Shown in pieces: positions 20,998-30,740 of a stretch of 64,000 bases of DNA. The notes beneath the pieces were generated by a model. That model did not search any database and was not told where the DNA came from. It was given only the letters and a program-made list of their open reading frames with translations. The DNA comes from an uncultured Verrucomicrobiae bacterium (GTDB lineage: Bacteria; Verrucomicrobiota; Verrucomicrobiia; Chthoniobacterales; Chthoniobacteraceae). Location of the stretch: positions 1,408,001-1,472,000 of the forward strand of contig CAWIKF010000002.1 in the NCBI GenBank assembly GCA_963836755.1, given 5' to 3'. The first letter of the stretch is position 1; every line of letters begins with the position of its first letter. The translations under genes were made by a program, and so were the position numbers.

Positions 20998-21067
20998 TGA
21001 AAAGGGTCGGAATGTGCGGCCTTGGTTCGTTATGAAAAGGGTGCGCGTCACGTCAAGTAAAAGGGTC
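20998..21067 (+). promoter_or_regulatory. Putative transposase-binding repeats, left end
   Basis: Three AAAAGGGT copies; inverted-like ACCCTTT (60304) and ACCCATTTCA (~60329) near the right end. Confidence 0.55.
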
Positions 21068-21072
21068 ATAAC

Positions 21073-21272
21073 ACCGCCGAAAGTAACGATGGCGGCCGGT
21101 CCGCGGAGACTCCGCGAGGCGTTCGCGGGAATAGCAGCGACTTCGAACCGCAAGCGGTTTATCCTCACTTGCGAGCGTTGCCCTTTCGCTTAGCCTTTTA
21201 ACTGCCGCGAGGGAGCCGGCAGTGGCTATTCCTTCAACGCCGGCCGGTGTGACTGATCCCGCACGTCCGGCC
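21073..21272. ncRNA. Candidate structured non-coding element
   Basis: Nested and serial helices over ~200 nt; no credible ORF. Confidence 0.4.
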
Positions 21273-21278
21273 ATTTCT

Positions 21279-21719
21279 TTACGAGTTCAGAAAAGCCCAG
21301 AGCGCCTGCAAAAATGCGCGTCCGGCGTCGTCGGGATGCTGGCTTACGCCTGCGCAAATTCCGCCGTCAGGCAGGTGCGACCCAAATGTCACGAGGAAGT
21401 CGTCGTCAAACGTCGGCTGCGTGCCTTCATGCGCGGCGATGATCGTGCCGCCTGCATCCGTCGTCTCCGGCACTTCGACGGGCGTCGAGCCGCTGACGTG
21501 AGCATTCTGCAACCAGTCGATGATGATCGGGAAATCCACTATCTGCGGCGATGGTGCCCATGCTTGCAGCCCGGCGACCATCTGCGGCCACGCCGTTTGC
21601 AGTTCCGTAGGCAGATCGGCGACAGCGACCGCGCGCGAGCGGTTGATCCCGTCGATGGTTTGATATGCCGCTGCGCTTTGACAGTTGGCGGCTATGAAAA
21701 TTTGTCGTGTCGTCTTCAT
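21279..21719 (-). CDS. Phage hypothetical protein after tail fibre
   Basis: 146-aa ORF overlapping the fibre stop by 4 nt. Confidence 0.65.
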   Translation of the reverse strand: MKTTRQIFIAANCQSAAAYQTIDGINRSRAVAVADLPTELQTAWPQMVAGLQAWAPSPQIVDFPIIIDWLQNAHVSGSTPVEVPETTDAGGTIIAAHEGTQPTFDDDFLVTFGSHLPDGGICAGVSQHPDDAGRAFLQALWAFLNS

Positions 21720-23335
21720 GGAACTTTTTGGAAAAAGATGAACGAACTTTTCCGCAGATAGACCGGGTTCGCCGCGTCAGTGGCCGAGCGCTGGGCAACT
21801 TGAAAATGAATCGTCGTCGATGAGCTGAAGACGAGCATCCCTTGCGAGACATCCAGAGCTGTCTTCTTAGGCGCGTCCGCAAATGGCTGGACGGCATATT
21901 GAGCCAAACTCGCTCCATAACGGAAATAAGTCGTCGCCAGCGAGGGATTGGCCGAAGCGGAGCCATTGTCCTGCGTCGTCGAGTTATAGATTTGGAAAAA
22001 ATAATCCGAGTCCGAGCATTCCGTCGTGAGACTTAGGAGCGTGTTTATTCCACCGGTCGTCGATGCGGTGTCCGCATGCACAATGCCGTAAAAACGATAA
22101 GTGCCTGCCGGCAGTGTGACAGTGTCGGTGCCGTCAACAAATGTCGTCGAGTTCGCCGAGAAATCAGCGCTGATGATCAGTTTGTAAAACACGCCAACCC
22201 GAGCATCGAGCTGCGCAGTCGTGATGAGATCGCTGCTCGCGGGCGTGACGCCGACTTGGTTGGGAGCCGTATTATGAGTGCCGCTCGCTACAATGTTTCC
22301 ACTCGCCGCGACGGGACCGTTGAGGTTGATCGTGCCGGTGCCGTTCGGCGACAAATTGATGTTGCCGTTGTTCCCGGTAGAGAGCGTGAAATTCCCGCTC
22401 GAATCGAACGCGCCCTGGATCGTCTTCGATCGGACCGTGGTGCCATCGCTGTCGATCTCGATCCAGTGGTTGTTGACGGCGACCATCTGCGAGTTCGCGA
22501 CGATCGTGCCGGCAGCCGCGTCCACCTTGCGGATCAAGCATTGAAAATTCGTGCCGAGATTTGCGGCCGTGTCGAGCGTGACGACGATGGAACTTGTCCC
22601 CGTGGTGACGTCGAAAACCGTTCCGCAATCAGCGGCCGCGACGGAGAAATTCGCCGACTTCGCGACATGCTTTGAAAACGGAGTTTTGAGATTCGTTCGA
22701 ACGGTCGCGACGTTGGAAAAATCGCTTCCGTTGTTGCTGGTGATGACGAGATTTGTCGGACTCGTGAACGCGGAAATCTGGCCGGCCGCGCCAATCGTGA
22801 CCGAGCCGTTGCCCACCGAAAAGGTGCCACTGAACGCCGTGTTGCTCACGTTGGAAAGACCGACTTTCGTTTTGCTCAAAGTCAGCCACGCGGGATCTGA
22901 ATAGCTGCCGGTGGAGACGACGAGGTTCGTCGGATTGGTAAACGCGGAAACCTGCCCGGCCCCGCCGATCGTGATGGAGCCGTTGCCTGCCGAATAGGTG
23001 CCGCTGAATGCGGTGTTGCTGACGTGTTCGAGACTGACCTGGCTCGCGCTCAAATTCCAGAGCCCGCTGCCGTCGCCAGCGACGCCGCTGAAAGTCACCC
23101 AGTCGCCACTTGGAGCGTTGCCGAGCGTGAGCTGCGTGTTACCGAGATCGAGAGAACCGGAGTTATTCGCGACCGCGTTAAGCTGGTCATTGGAAAGGAG
23201 CAAGCCGTTCGCACTTCCGAAAGTCGCGGCGTCCACCGGGCCTTTGATGAGGCCAGTGCCATCGACAGTGAGCGTCTTCGTCTGCGCCATCGCACAGACC
23301 GGAAGCAAAAGAAGAAAAAGTAATCGTTTAAACAT
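21716..23335 (-). CDS. Tail fibre / receptor-binding-like protein with signal peptide
   Basis: Gly/Ser/Thr-rich, duplicated ~40-aa block, end of tail module; starts MFKRLLFLLLLPVCAMAQ. Confidence 0.7.
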   Translation of the reverse strand: MFKRLLFLLLLPVCAMAQTKTLTVDGTGLIKGPVDAATFGSANGLLLSNDQLNAVANNSGSLDLGNTQLTLGNAPSGDWVTFSGVAGDGSGLWNLSASQVSLEHVSNTAFSGTYSAGNGSITIGGAGQVSAFTNPTNLVVSTGSYSDPAWLTLSKTKVGLSNVSNTAFSGTFSVGNGSVTIGAAGQISAFTSPTNLVITSNNGSDFSNVATVRTNLKTPFSKHVAKSANFSVAAADCGTVFDVTTGTSSIVVTLDTAANLGTNFQCLIRKVDAAAGTIVANSQMVAVNNHWIEIDSDGTTVRSKTIQGAFDSSGNFTLSTGNNGNINLSPNGTGTINLNGPVAASGNIVASGTHNTAPNQVGVTPASSDLITTAQLDARVGVFYKLIISADFSANSTTFVDGTDTVTLPAGTYRFYGIVHADTASTTGGINTLLSLTTECSDSDYFFQIYNSTTQDNGSASANPSLATTYFRYGASLAQYAVQPFADAPKKTALDVSQGMLVFSSSTTIHFQVAQRSATDAANPVYLRKSSFIFFQKVP

Positions 23336-23342
23336 AAGAAAA

Positions 23343-24005
23343 TCAGGCTTCGCCGGCTGCGATCGAGAACGTCTCCGCTCCGGCCGCGCCGGAGACTGTG
23401 ATGGTGTGGAAAAGGCTTTGATCCGCGTTCCAGAGCTGCCAACTCCCATCGTCCTTTATCCGGTATTTTCCCGCGACCGTTTTGAGCGCGAGCGCGCCGG
23501 GCAATGGATAAGGCGGATCACCATCCGCATCCGCGCCTTCTGTGCCTTGATAGACGCGTGCTTTGCCGAGCACCGGAAATTCATAGCTGAGCCGCTTTGT
23601 ATTGCCGGCGTTCTGAACTTGGATTTCCGCAAGCACCTGCACGGGATCGGTCGCGGCGGCGGTGAGGAAAGCGGAGACGTTGAGATCGAGATCGGCCTCG
23701 TAGTAGTATTCCCCGTCACTCTGCGTTTCGGTAAACGGCGTGGCTGAAAAAAAACTAGCACCCGTGAGAGCATCAGCCTCCTTGCCATTGAGCACGATCT
23801 GATCGCCGGCATCGATCTGAGCGCCGACCAGCGGGCCGCCTGGCTCCGTTGGCTCATCGCAAAGGTGGACGCGCAGCGTGAAGTGGTCGCCCGGAATCCA
23901 AGTGATTGTGTCGCGCGGCGTCTGGTCGGCCTTGCTGACAACGAGCGGGTTATCCGAGCCTTTGCTCTTGCGCACGAAAATCTCAAAAAGAAGGGCAAAA
24001 GCCAT
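23343..24005 (-). CDS. Putative tail-tip protein
   Basis: Beta-rich acidic ORF upstream of fibre; late-promoter motif fixes ATG 24005. Confidence 0.55.
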   Translation of the reverse strand: MAFALLFEIFVRKSKGSDNPLVVSKADQTPRDTITWIPGDHFTLRVHLCDEPTEPGGPLVGAQIDAGDQIVLNGKEADALTGASFFSATPFTETQSDGEYYYEADLDLNVSAFLTAAATDPVQVLAEIQVQNAGNTKRLSYEFPVLGKARVYQGTEGADADGDPPYPLPGALALKTVAGKYRIKDDGSWQLWNADQSLFHTITVSGAAGAETFSIAAGEA

Positions 24006-24069
24006 TACAAAGCGCAGAGCATGCACGCCGGCGTTCATCGCCGCACGCGACGGTGCGAATGGGGCGAAC

Positions 24070-24360
24070 TTAGCGCGTGAGCCGGTTCAACGCGTCGCGC
24101 CGATTTGCGCAGTCGCTGCCGGCGATAAGCGTCCCCGTTTTGTCCAGGCACGGGAGGTGGAGCAGTTTCGCGAGCGGCTTGGCCAGGATTTCAATCGCAT
24201 CGCCGAGGCCCATCTTTTCACAGTCGCGCGAATATTTTCCCCAGCCTGAGACCTTGCAGCTCGCGCATGGATCGCGAAAGAAATCGGGCTCATGCGCGCA
24301 GCCAACTCGCGCGCACATATCTGCGCGGATGTGCGCAACGGTCGCGGGCATCGTTCTCAC
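24070..24360 (-). CDS. Small Cys-rich phage protein
   Basis: GLGD...C..RR..LN pattern seen in phage tail regions. Confidence 0.6.
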   Translation of the reverse strand: MRTMPATVAHIRADMCARVGCAHEPDFFRDPCASCKVSGWGKYSRDCEKMGLGDAIEILAKPLAKLLHLPCLDKTGTLIAGSDCANRRDALNRLTR

Positions 24361-25100
24361 AGCGGGCTCCCGTTCGGTTTGAGATCAGGATCGGGCCGCG
24401 TGCTGCCGTGATCGTTGTCCACTGGATCGTCCGGCTCATAGCCTTTGACGCAGCTCCATTTCTTGATGTCGTAAAACAGATTCCCGTTTGCATCGGGCTC
24501 AGTCAGCTCGGGCAGATCGTGAGAGATCAGGTTTGCGACATCGCCGGCGCCCTTTGTCGGATCTGGCCAGCATGGGTTTCCTGTGCCGTTCCATTCGTAG
24601 GTGTCGATGTCGGTGAGCTCGTCGGGTCCGCCATCGTCGCGGACAAACCGGCTGCGGATCCAGATTTTCAAAAAGCAATCCGATGCCGGCGCGTGCTGAA
24701 GTTTTCCTTTTGTCCGTTTAATTGAGTAACTGTAGTCACCATCAGGAAGTTCTCGGGAAGCAAAGCAACCGCCTGTGAATGTTCCAGGATAGTCAGGAAG
24801 ATCATCGACTGTCTTTGAAATCAGCGTCGCCGTGAGATAAGGCTCCGAATAAATGGTGCTGGGCGGATCTCCGGTGGGACCTCCGGTTGTATAAACAACG
24901 GTCGTGCCAGTTCCGTCATCATGGTAGGTTGTCGTCCTAATGTTTCCGGCGCCGTCATAGTAAGTCTCGACCGTCCATTCAGCAAAAACTCCGTCTTGAT
25001 ACGCAGAGATGCCAATCTTTGTTCGCGATGCACTGATGCTGTCGCAGACGATGTTCCAGTCGCACTGAATGGCGGAGCAGTTTCCGCACGGCGCGATCAT
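24357..25100 (-). CDS. Putative minor tail protein
   Basis: Acidic 247-aa ORF coupled to neighbours by 4-nt overlaps. Confidence 0.6.
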   Translation of the reverse strand: MIAPCGNCSAIQCDWNIVCDSISASRTKIGISAYQDGVFAEWTVETYYDGAGNIRTTTYHDDGTGTTVVYTTGGPTGDPPSTIYSEPYLTATLISKTVDDLPDYPGTFTGGCFASRELPDGDYSYSIKRTKGKLQHAPASDCFLKIWIRSRFVRDDGGPDELTDIDTYEWNGTGNPCWPDPTKGAGDVANLISHDLPELTEPDANGNLFYDIKKWSCVKGYEPDDPVDNDHGSTRPDPDLKPNGSPL

Positions 25101-25741
25101 GCTGCCTCGTAGCTGCCGAAGGTGTATGTCCAGGCCGCATCATCATCCTTGTCCACATCGCGATTGCGGCAGGCGATCACAAGTTGGGAGCCGATGCCTT
25201 TCGTGCCGCTGCCGATCGCGACGGAGGTATCGCCGCTCGCGTCAAAATCACCTAGCGGGATGCAAAGCTTCGTGCCGCTATTTGCGGGGATTGTAGCACC
25301 TTCGTTGATCTCGATGTCGGTGACTTGCGGTGCGTCACCAGAGTTGTCGATCGTGAGCTCGATCCAGGCGAAATTGTCGTCATTGGCGACTTCGTCCTCA
25401 TAGGGAGGATCGCCGCCGGCCGTCATGCCGCTCGGCAATCCCGTAAGTCCGCTGGCTAGAGTCAGCGCGCCTCCCACGGCGATCAGCCCGTTTGAAACGC
25501 CGATCTTTTTAGTGACGCTGCCGCCGGTTTTTGTCGAGGCGTCGGAAAGCGCAAAGCTGTTGAGCACGGCTGCCGCGCCACGCCCTGGTTGGACCCGGAG
25601 TTGATGAGTGGTTCCACCAGCGCCGACAGACGGCATGATGTCCGGACTTGGGCGGGGGTAGAATGAACGAAGCAGCGCATTGACCTGCCCCGCCCAGCGC
25701 GGCACATCCTCCCAGCGCGTTGGGATGGTGGGCAGTTGCAT
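25097..25741 (-). CDS. Putative minor tail protein
   Basis: Starts MQLPTIP directly after the upstream stop. Confidence 0.6.
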   Translation of the reverse strand: MQLPTIPTRWEDVPRWAGQVNALLRSFYPRPSPDIMPSVGAGGTTHQLRVQPGRGAAAVLNSFALSDASTKTGGSVTKKIGVSNGLIAVGGALTLASGLTGLPSGMTAGGDPPYEDEVANDDNFAWIELTIDNSGDAPQVTDIEINEGATIPANSGTKLCIPLGDFDASGDTSVAIGSGTKGIGSQLVIACRNRDVDKDDDAAWTYTFGSYEAA

Positions 25742-25743
25742 CT

Positions 25744-26478
25744 TTAGCTGTCCGCGTAGAGATCGGTGTCCCAAAGCGTCGCGCCGGTCCACTCTTGCAC
25801 CCGTGTCCACGTCCGGTCGCGCGTGGCGCGATCTGCCGTCTTCAAATAAATATAGCCATTCACCTTGCAGCCGGAGGGTGGATCGTTGCGCAGCCCGCAT
25901 TCCGAAACATCGGGCTTGCTCGCGTGTTTTGTAGTAACCCTGCACAGCGGCGAGTAGATGACAAAGCTGTCCGTGCCGTGCTTGAGCTTGTCCACGAAAT
26001 CCGTCGCGTTTCCGCTCACCCCGCTATTGCTCGTGAGCTTTGCGTAAGCCGCCGTGCGCAAGCTCGCAGACGCAGCGTTTTTCCATTCTTCGATCGCATC
26101 GAGATCGGCGTCATTGAGCGCTTTTGCTCCTCCATCGAGGTAGCGCGGATGTGTCTCGAGCTTCTTTTGAACTTCGATCCACTCCACTTCGAAAACCGCA
26201 TTGGTATCAAACGTGTAGTCCTGGATCGGCGCTGGCGTCATCGTCACCGTCATGGTGCCGGTGCCACCGGGACCTTTCTCGACGCGCACCGTATCGACAA
26301 AATAAGTCGATGCCACGCCCGAGATGTTTGAAAGGCGCGCCGGCAGGTTTCCCATGATCGCCGTGTAAGGCCCCTTGTAAATTAGCGTGTAGCGAGGCCC
26401 TTCCTTGCTCGTTTCAAAGAGCCGCGAGTTGGCCTGCTCTTTGACATCCGTGGTTCCTTTCCAGCGTGCAGTGGGCAT
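25744..26478 (-). CDS. Putative distal tail protein
   Basis: First gene after the tape measure gene. Confidence 0.6.
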   Translation of the reverse strand: MPTARWKGTTDVKEQANSRLFETSKEGPRYTLIYKGPYTAIMGNLPARLSNISGVASTYFVDTVRVEKGPGGTGTMTVTMTPAPIQDYTFDTNAVFEVEWIEVQKKLETHPRYLDGGAKALNDADLDAIEEWKNAASASLRTAAYAKLTSNSGVSGNATDFVDKLKHGTDSFVIYSPLCRVTTKHASKPDVSECGLRNDPPSGCKVNGYIYLKTADRATRDRTWTRVQEWTGATLWDTDLYADS

Positions 26479-26481
26479 GGC

Positions 26482-28278
26482 TTAGACGGCGCTCCACTCG
26501 GGAAGACCGGCGGGAGTGATGCGCGCGCCGATCACTTGCACGAAGGTGGCAAACTGTTTGACGAGCTGGCCGGTATTTTCAGCAGTCTTGCGCGCATGAT
26601 CATTTGCAGGGCCGCCAGCGCCTATGAAACCGCCGATCTTTGAAAGGCGATCGCCTTCCTCGAAACGGCCTTTGCGCGCAGGTGAGCCGGAATAATCCTT
26701 CACATTGGCGAGGCCGCCGCCTTTGACTGCGGGCGGCTCTTTGACGCCGGGCGGGAGCGATTTTTGCAGTTCCGTCCAAAGCTTGCTGAGCCTTTCCTGC
26801 AACTCCTTTGGCGCGGTCATGAACACTTGTTTAAATCCATCGTCCCACGCTTTTTTGAGCGCGGCGGGATCGATGTATTTTGCCGCGAGCACTTCTTTCA
26901 AATGCTCGCCAGCCTTGCGGAAAGATTCGCCGGCAGTGTCCTTGTAACTGGAAATAATGTCATCGAGCGGGCCGCCCTTTTGCAGCATGTAGTTGTAGCG
27001 GTCGCCCACGTCCGGTTTGCCAAACGCGACGCCGGCCGCGGCATCGGATTTCTTGTGCACCTCCGCGTATTGATCCTGCAAATCGAAGTAGGTCTTATCC
27101 ATCGTGGGCCGCTTCCCGATGGCTTTTTGAAGCTGCTCCATCTGCGCCTGGTAGCCGTCAAATTCCGTTTTTGCGCGGCTCTTCATCGGGTCGATTTTCC
27201 CCTGGCTCAACGTCGCCACCGATTGCTCAACCTCCGCCTCGAGCGCCGCGATCGGGCGCTTGAAAGCGGTCATCAACACGGCCTCCACTCCGGAGAATGC
27301 GGCCTTGATCATTTCGCCCACGCTCGACCAGAAATCGCCGTCGCTGAGGATCGCCATTCCTTCGGCCACCGCCTCCTGCATGACGTTGATTTCGCCCGCC
27401 CATGCGCGCGTTAAAAAATCCATCCCTTCCGCAAAGCCAACCTGCAAGCTCAAGCTGAGCAGCTCCGAAAGTTTTCCATTGTTAAACGCCGCGTAGAGCG
27501 TCTTCACGGCCCCGCCCAGCGCCTCTCCGAAGCCAGTCAGGTTGATTGATTTGAGCTTGTCGAGCAGCGGCAAAAGCACCGGCGCCACCTGCTCTGCAAA
27601 GCCGGCAAAGAAGCCTTTGACCTTTGCGCCCAGCGCCTCGAAACCGTTGGCAACCTTTGTAAAAATCTCCGCGTTGCGCTGCATGATGGTGCCCATGCCG
27701 CCGGCGAGTTGCGTAGCTTCCTTAATTGCATCGGGCTTGCCGAAGAGGTTCAGCATGTCCGCACCGCCGCGCCCAAAGATTGCCTTGATCGCCGCCATCT
27801 TGGTTGATTGATCGCCCAGGCCGTTGATCGCCTGGCCGATCGCCTCAAACTGCTCCGCCGCGCTTTTGCTTTTCAGGCTCTCCATGTCGAGCCCGAGCTG
27901 GTCGAAAATTTTCTTAGTCGGCTGCCCTTCCTCATTCACGCCGCCGAGCGCCGCCTGCATCATCGCGAGGTTCGCAGTCAAGTTGCCCGCATCCATTCCC
28001 GCCTCGCTATAGGCTTTTCGTAAGATGACCAGGTCGCGAATGCTCTGGCCCGTGGTTCGGCTTTGCGCGCCGAGCTCCTTGCCGGCGTCGAAGATTCCCT
28101 TGAGCCCCTCCGTAAAACCTTCGGCGCTTTTGAAGGCGGCGAAACTCACGCCGATCACGCCCAGGATGCCGGTCAGTTTTTCCGCCACGCCGCGAAAGCT
28201 TTCCATGCCACGCTTCGCCCCCTCGAGCGGGTTCATAAAACCGGCGCTGTTGAGCGTCATCGTGGCGGCGAGATTCAT
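26482..28278 (-). CDS. Tail tape measure protein
   Basis: Ala/Gly-rich helical 598 aa with FDQLGL and AIFGRGGADML patterns. Confidence 0.85.
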   Translation of the reverse strand: MNLAATMTLNSAGFMNPLEGAKRGMESFRGVAEKLTGILGVIGVSFAAFKSAEGFTEGLKGIFDAGKELGAQSRTTGQSIRDLVILRKAYSEAGMDAGNLTANLAMMQAALGGVNEEGQPTKKIFDQLGLDMESLKSKSAAEQFEAIGQAINGLGDQSTKMAAIKAIFGRGGADMLNLFGKPDAIKEATQLAGGMGTIMQRNAEIFTKVANGFEALGAKVKGFFAGFAEQVAPVLLPLLDKLKSINLTGFGEALGGAVKTLYAAFNNGKLSELLSLSLQVGFAEGMDFLTRAWAGEINVMQEAVAEGMAILSDGDFWSSVGEMIKAAFSGVEAVLMTAFKRPIAALEAEVEQSVATLSQGKIDPMKSRAKTEFDGYQAQMEQLQKAIGKRPTMDKTYFDLQDQYAEVHKKSDAAAGVAFGKPDVGDRYNYMLQKGGPLDDIISSYKDTAGESFRKAGEHLKEVLAAKYIDPAALKKAWDDGFKQVFMTAPKELQERLSKLWTELQKSLPPGVKEPPAVKGGGLANVKDYSGSPARKGRFEEGDRLSKIGGFIGAGGPANDHARKTAENTGQLVKQFATFVQVIGARITPAGLPEWSAV

Positions 28279-28447
28279 GTGGCGGCCTCCAGTCTGGCCG
28301 GATTCCCAGCGTGCGCACGCGACGCCGCGAATGATGCGCGCGCGGGCCCACCTCGCGCAAAATGGCGATGCTGGCCAGCCTCGCTTTTTCCGGCGATAGC
28401 CGCCGGGCAGTTATCGCCAGAAAAAGCGATGCGTGCGATCGAGAAGT

Positions 28448-28954
28448 TTACCGGCGCAGCGGAGTGGCCGGGATCGCGGCCGTGAGATCGAAGCGCATCA
28501 CGTAGCCGACCGTGGGCAGCTCAAAGGCGAGCTCCGGGCTTGGAAACGGTTTGCAACCTTTGTAAAACAACCGTCCGTAGGTGAAGTCCTCCGGAAACGC
28601 CAGGCTCCGCACCCGCGCGCGCAGATCGGCGAGAAGTTTCAAAAACGCCGGGTCATCCTTCGTCCCTTTGACCAGGCTTTCACCGGGGTTGATCCGCATT
28701 CCCTTTGCCTTGATGAGCCAGACCTCGAAATGGTTGTCCACAATGCCGGCTTCCTCATGCCCGGCCTGGTCGTCATCACCCGACCAGCAAAGCGTGACAC
28801 GGAAACTCTTCGGCGCATCAGCCAGGCTTTCGAGGACGTCGCCCGGATCGCCGGCGATCGAGATAACGCCTTTGCGCGGCGTGCACCAGGAAGTGAGATC
28901 GGACTGCAAATGCACGAGCAGCCCGGCGGGATCGGGTGTGAAGTCAGTTTGCAT
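28448..28954 (-). CDS. Putative tail terminator (Mu gp37-like)
   Basis: Size, position and alpha/beta pattern only. Confidence 0.5.
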   Translation of the reverse strand: MQTDFTPDPAGLLVHLQSDLTSWCTPRKGVISIAGDPGDVLESLADAPKSFRVTLCWSGDDDQAGHEEAGIVDNHFEVWLIKAKGMRINPGESLVKGTKDDPAFLKLLADLRARVRSLAFPEDFTYGRLFYKGCKPFPSPELAFELPTVGYVMRFDLTAAIPATPLRR

Positions 28955-29702
28955 CAGCGGCGTTTTTGCGGGGCGTTGAGTTTCTCGAGCGCAGCCAATA
29001 GCTCCTGCTCAGCGTAAGTAGGTCCCGATGGCTCGAGGTCGTAGCGCGCGGCGATCGCCGAGTAGAGGACGAAGCCTTGCGCGAGCGGGACTTGATCGAG
29101 CACATGATCGGGGCTCCAGGCGGGGTATTCGTGAGCGAGCGTGTCAACGAGGCTTACGAGCCAGCCGTGCCCGGACTGTTTGCCGGGGCCGTGGGAAAAG
29201 GGGAGTTTGGATCACGACTCACTTTCTGGCCGTGCGGAACCGCGGTGCCAAAGGCGGCAACGAGGTGCGCGTTTAAAATCTCGCCGATCTGCGGCAGTAA
29301 CGCCGCATCGATCGTGGCGGCGAGTTCAAACACTGCGTCGTCAAACCGCGGGCGAAAGATTTTTCCGGTGAGCGGGTCGATCTCCGCGATCGCGGTGAGC
29401 GCGCGCACGTGCGCGATCGGCTGGCTCATGACGAAGAGCGCGGCAAAAATATCCTCGACGTTAAACTCTTCGCTTTTCTCGGTCTTGAGCAGCGAGGAGC
29501 CGATTTTTTGCAACTGCATGATCACCGCGCCGGTGCACGGTTGCAGCGGCAGTTTGCCGACCCTCACCTCATCGGGGCAAAAAGCGTTGAGCACCAATGC
29601 CGGCGTGCTCGAGGTCGATTTCTCGCGGTGCGCGGCCGCTGCCTCGACCTGGGCTTTGCTAAAGCCAAGAGTTTTTTTGCTGCGCTTCTTTACAGCTGGC
29701 AT
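28954..29702 (-). CDS. Tail assembly chaperone G/GT with -1 frameshift
   Basis: G = 29154-29702; in-frame C CCT TTT at 29202-29196 opens an 83-codon -1 frame ending at a TGATG overlap. Confidence 0.8.
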
Positions 29703-29708
29703 CGCGCG

Positions 29709-30254
29709 TTACGGCGTGGGGATGCCGCTCCACTGCGTGCCTTTGATCGTGTATTTGGCGACACCCTTGTTTTCCCAATTTTTCTCCATGTCAGTCACGA
29801 TCACGGCTGTATTGCCGGCGATGGAAACCACGTCTCCGCGTGCAAAAACAGGGAAGGCGGTCTGCACCAGCACAGTCGCTTCGCACTCGTGCTTGTCATT
29901 GAAAAGCACGACCGCGACGGTGAAGCCGACATCGTCCGGAATCTCGACCATCTCGCCGGTGAGCTGGTCGCGCACGCTTTGCAAAATACCGGTGACGGTG
30001 CTTCCGACTTTCCCGCGCACACCCCACAGCACGGAGCTATCACCCTTGATCGTGGCCACGGTGGTATGCAGCCGGTGCCCGCGCAGGAGCATGGGCACCG
30101 TCGCGCAGAACGCGAAAAAGAGAGCGAACGCAAAAAGCGGAGCGCCGGCGGATGCGAGCGTAAACGCGAGCGCCATCACCACGAGCATCAGGAGCTGCGT
30201 CCAGAACACGCGGTGAAACAAAAAGTGGATGACCAGGATGCGGAGGAAAGGCAT
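29709..30254 (-). CDS. Putative tail tube protein with hydrophobic N-terminal extension
   Basis: Between gp36 and chaperone; beta-rich ~115-aa core. Confidence 0.55.
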   Translation of the reverse strand: MPFLRILVIHFLFHRVFWTQLLMLVVMALAFTLASAGAPLFAFALFFAFCATVPMLLRGHRLHTTVATIKGDSSVLWGVRGKVGSTVTGILQSVRDQLTGEMVEIPDDVGFTVAVVLFNDKHECEATVLVQTAFPVFARGDVVSIAGNTAVIVTDMEKNWENKGVAKYTIKGTQWSGIPTP

Positions 30255-30255
30255 G

Positions 30256-30696
30256 TTAAACAGATGTTTTGCCGGTGGCGCTGCTCGTCTTTGCGGGTGC
30301 TGCGATCACGGTCCCGCTCGGTTTTGCGCGTTGGATTTGCGGGGTGAGCGGCTGCTCGCCCTTCGCGATCAAAGTCAGCTTGCCAGTCTCCGGATCGCGG
30401 AGCTGGTTGGCCTGTTTGGTAAACGGGTTTTCATCCGCGCTTTTGCCGCGGCGCTGGTGGATCATCTCGCACGCGAAAATCTTCGCGGCCTCGGTGACCA
30501 CCTTCGGGATCGGCATCGCAAACGGCGTCTCAAACCGGCCGCCCAGGATGGAATCGACCGCGTCGCTCGCGCCCTGGCATACGAGGTTGATCGCCGTGGG
30601 ATCAGCCGCGCCGTCGCCGTCGTCGTCCAAGCCTTCGATGAGGAATTTGCACGGGATCAACCCGGACAAATCCGCCATCGTGATATAAGGAGGCAT
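30256..30696 (-). CDS. Mu gp36-like head-tail adaptor (DUF1320)
   Basis: YITMADL...ASDAVDSILGGRFETP...LIAKG. Confidence 0.85.
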   Translation of the reverse strand: MPPYITMADLSGLIPCKFLIEGLDDDGDGAADPTAINLVCQGASDAVDSILGGRFETPFAMPIPKVVTEAAKIFACEMIHQRRGKSADENPFTKQANQLRDPETGKLTLIAKGEQPLTPQIQRAKPSGTVIAAPAKTSSATGKTSV

Positions 30697-30740
30697 CGTT
30701 TTAAAAAATCAGTTGTTCGCTTTTTACGGACAACTTGGGT

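Noticed and set aside
21195..21235. HDV-like ribozyme or tRNA in the structured element
   Set aside because: CTCCCTCGC and GGGCAAC on the minus strand resemble HDV, but I could not build the P1/P2 pseudoknot or a cloverleaf
21716..23335. Invertible tail-fibre segment or diversity-generating retroelement
   Set aside because: No invertase, inverted repeats or reverse transcriptase; the internal repeat is an in-frame duplication
28944..29147. 67-aa ORF from the track
   Set aside because: Wrong frame; the coding frame here is the -1 extension of the chaperone
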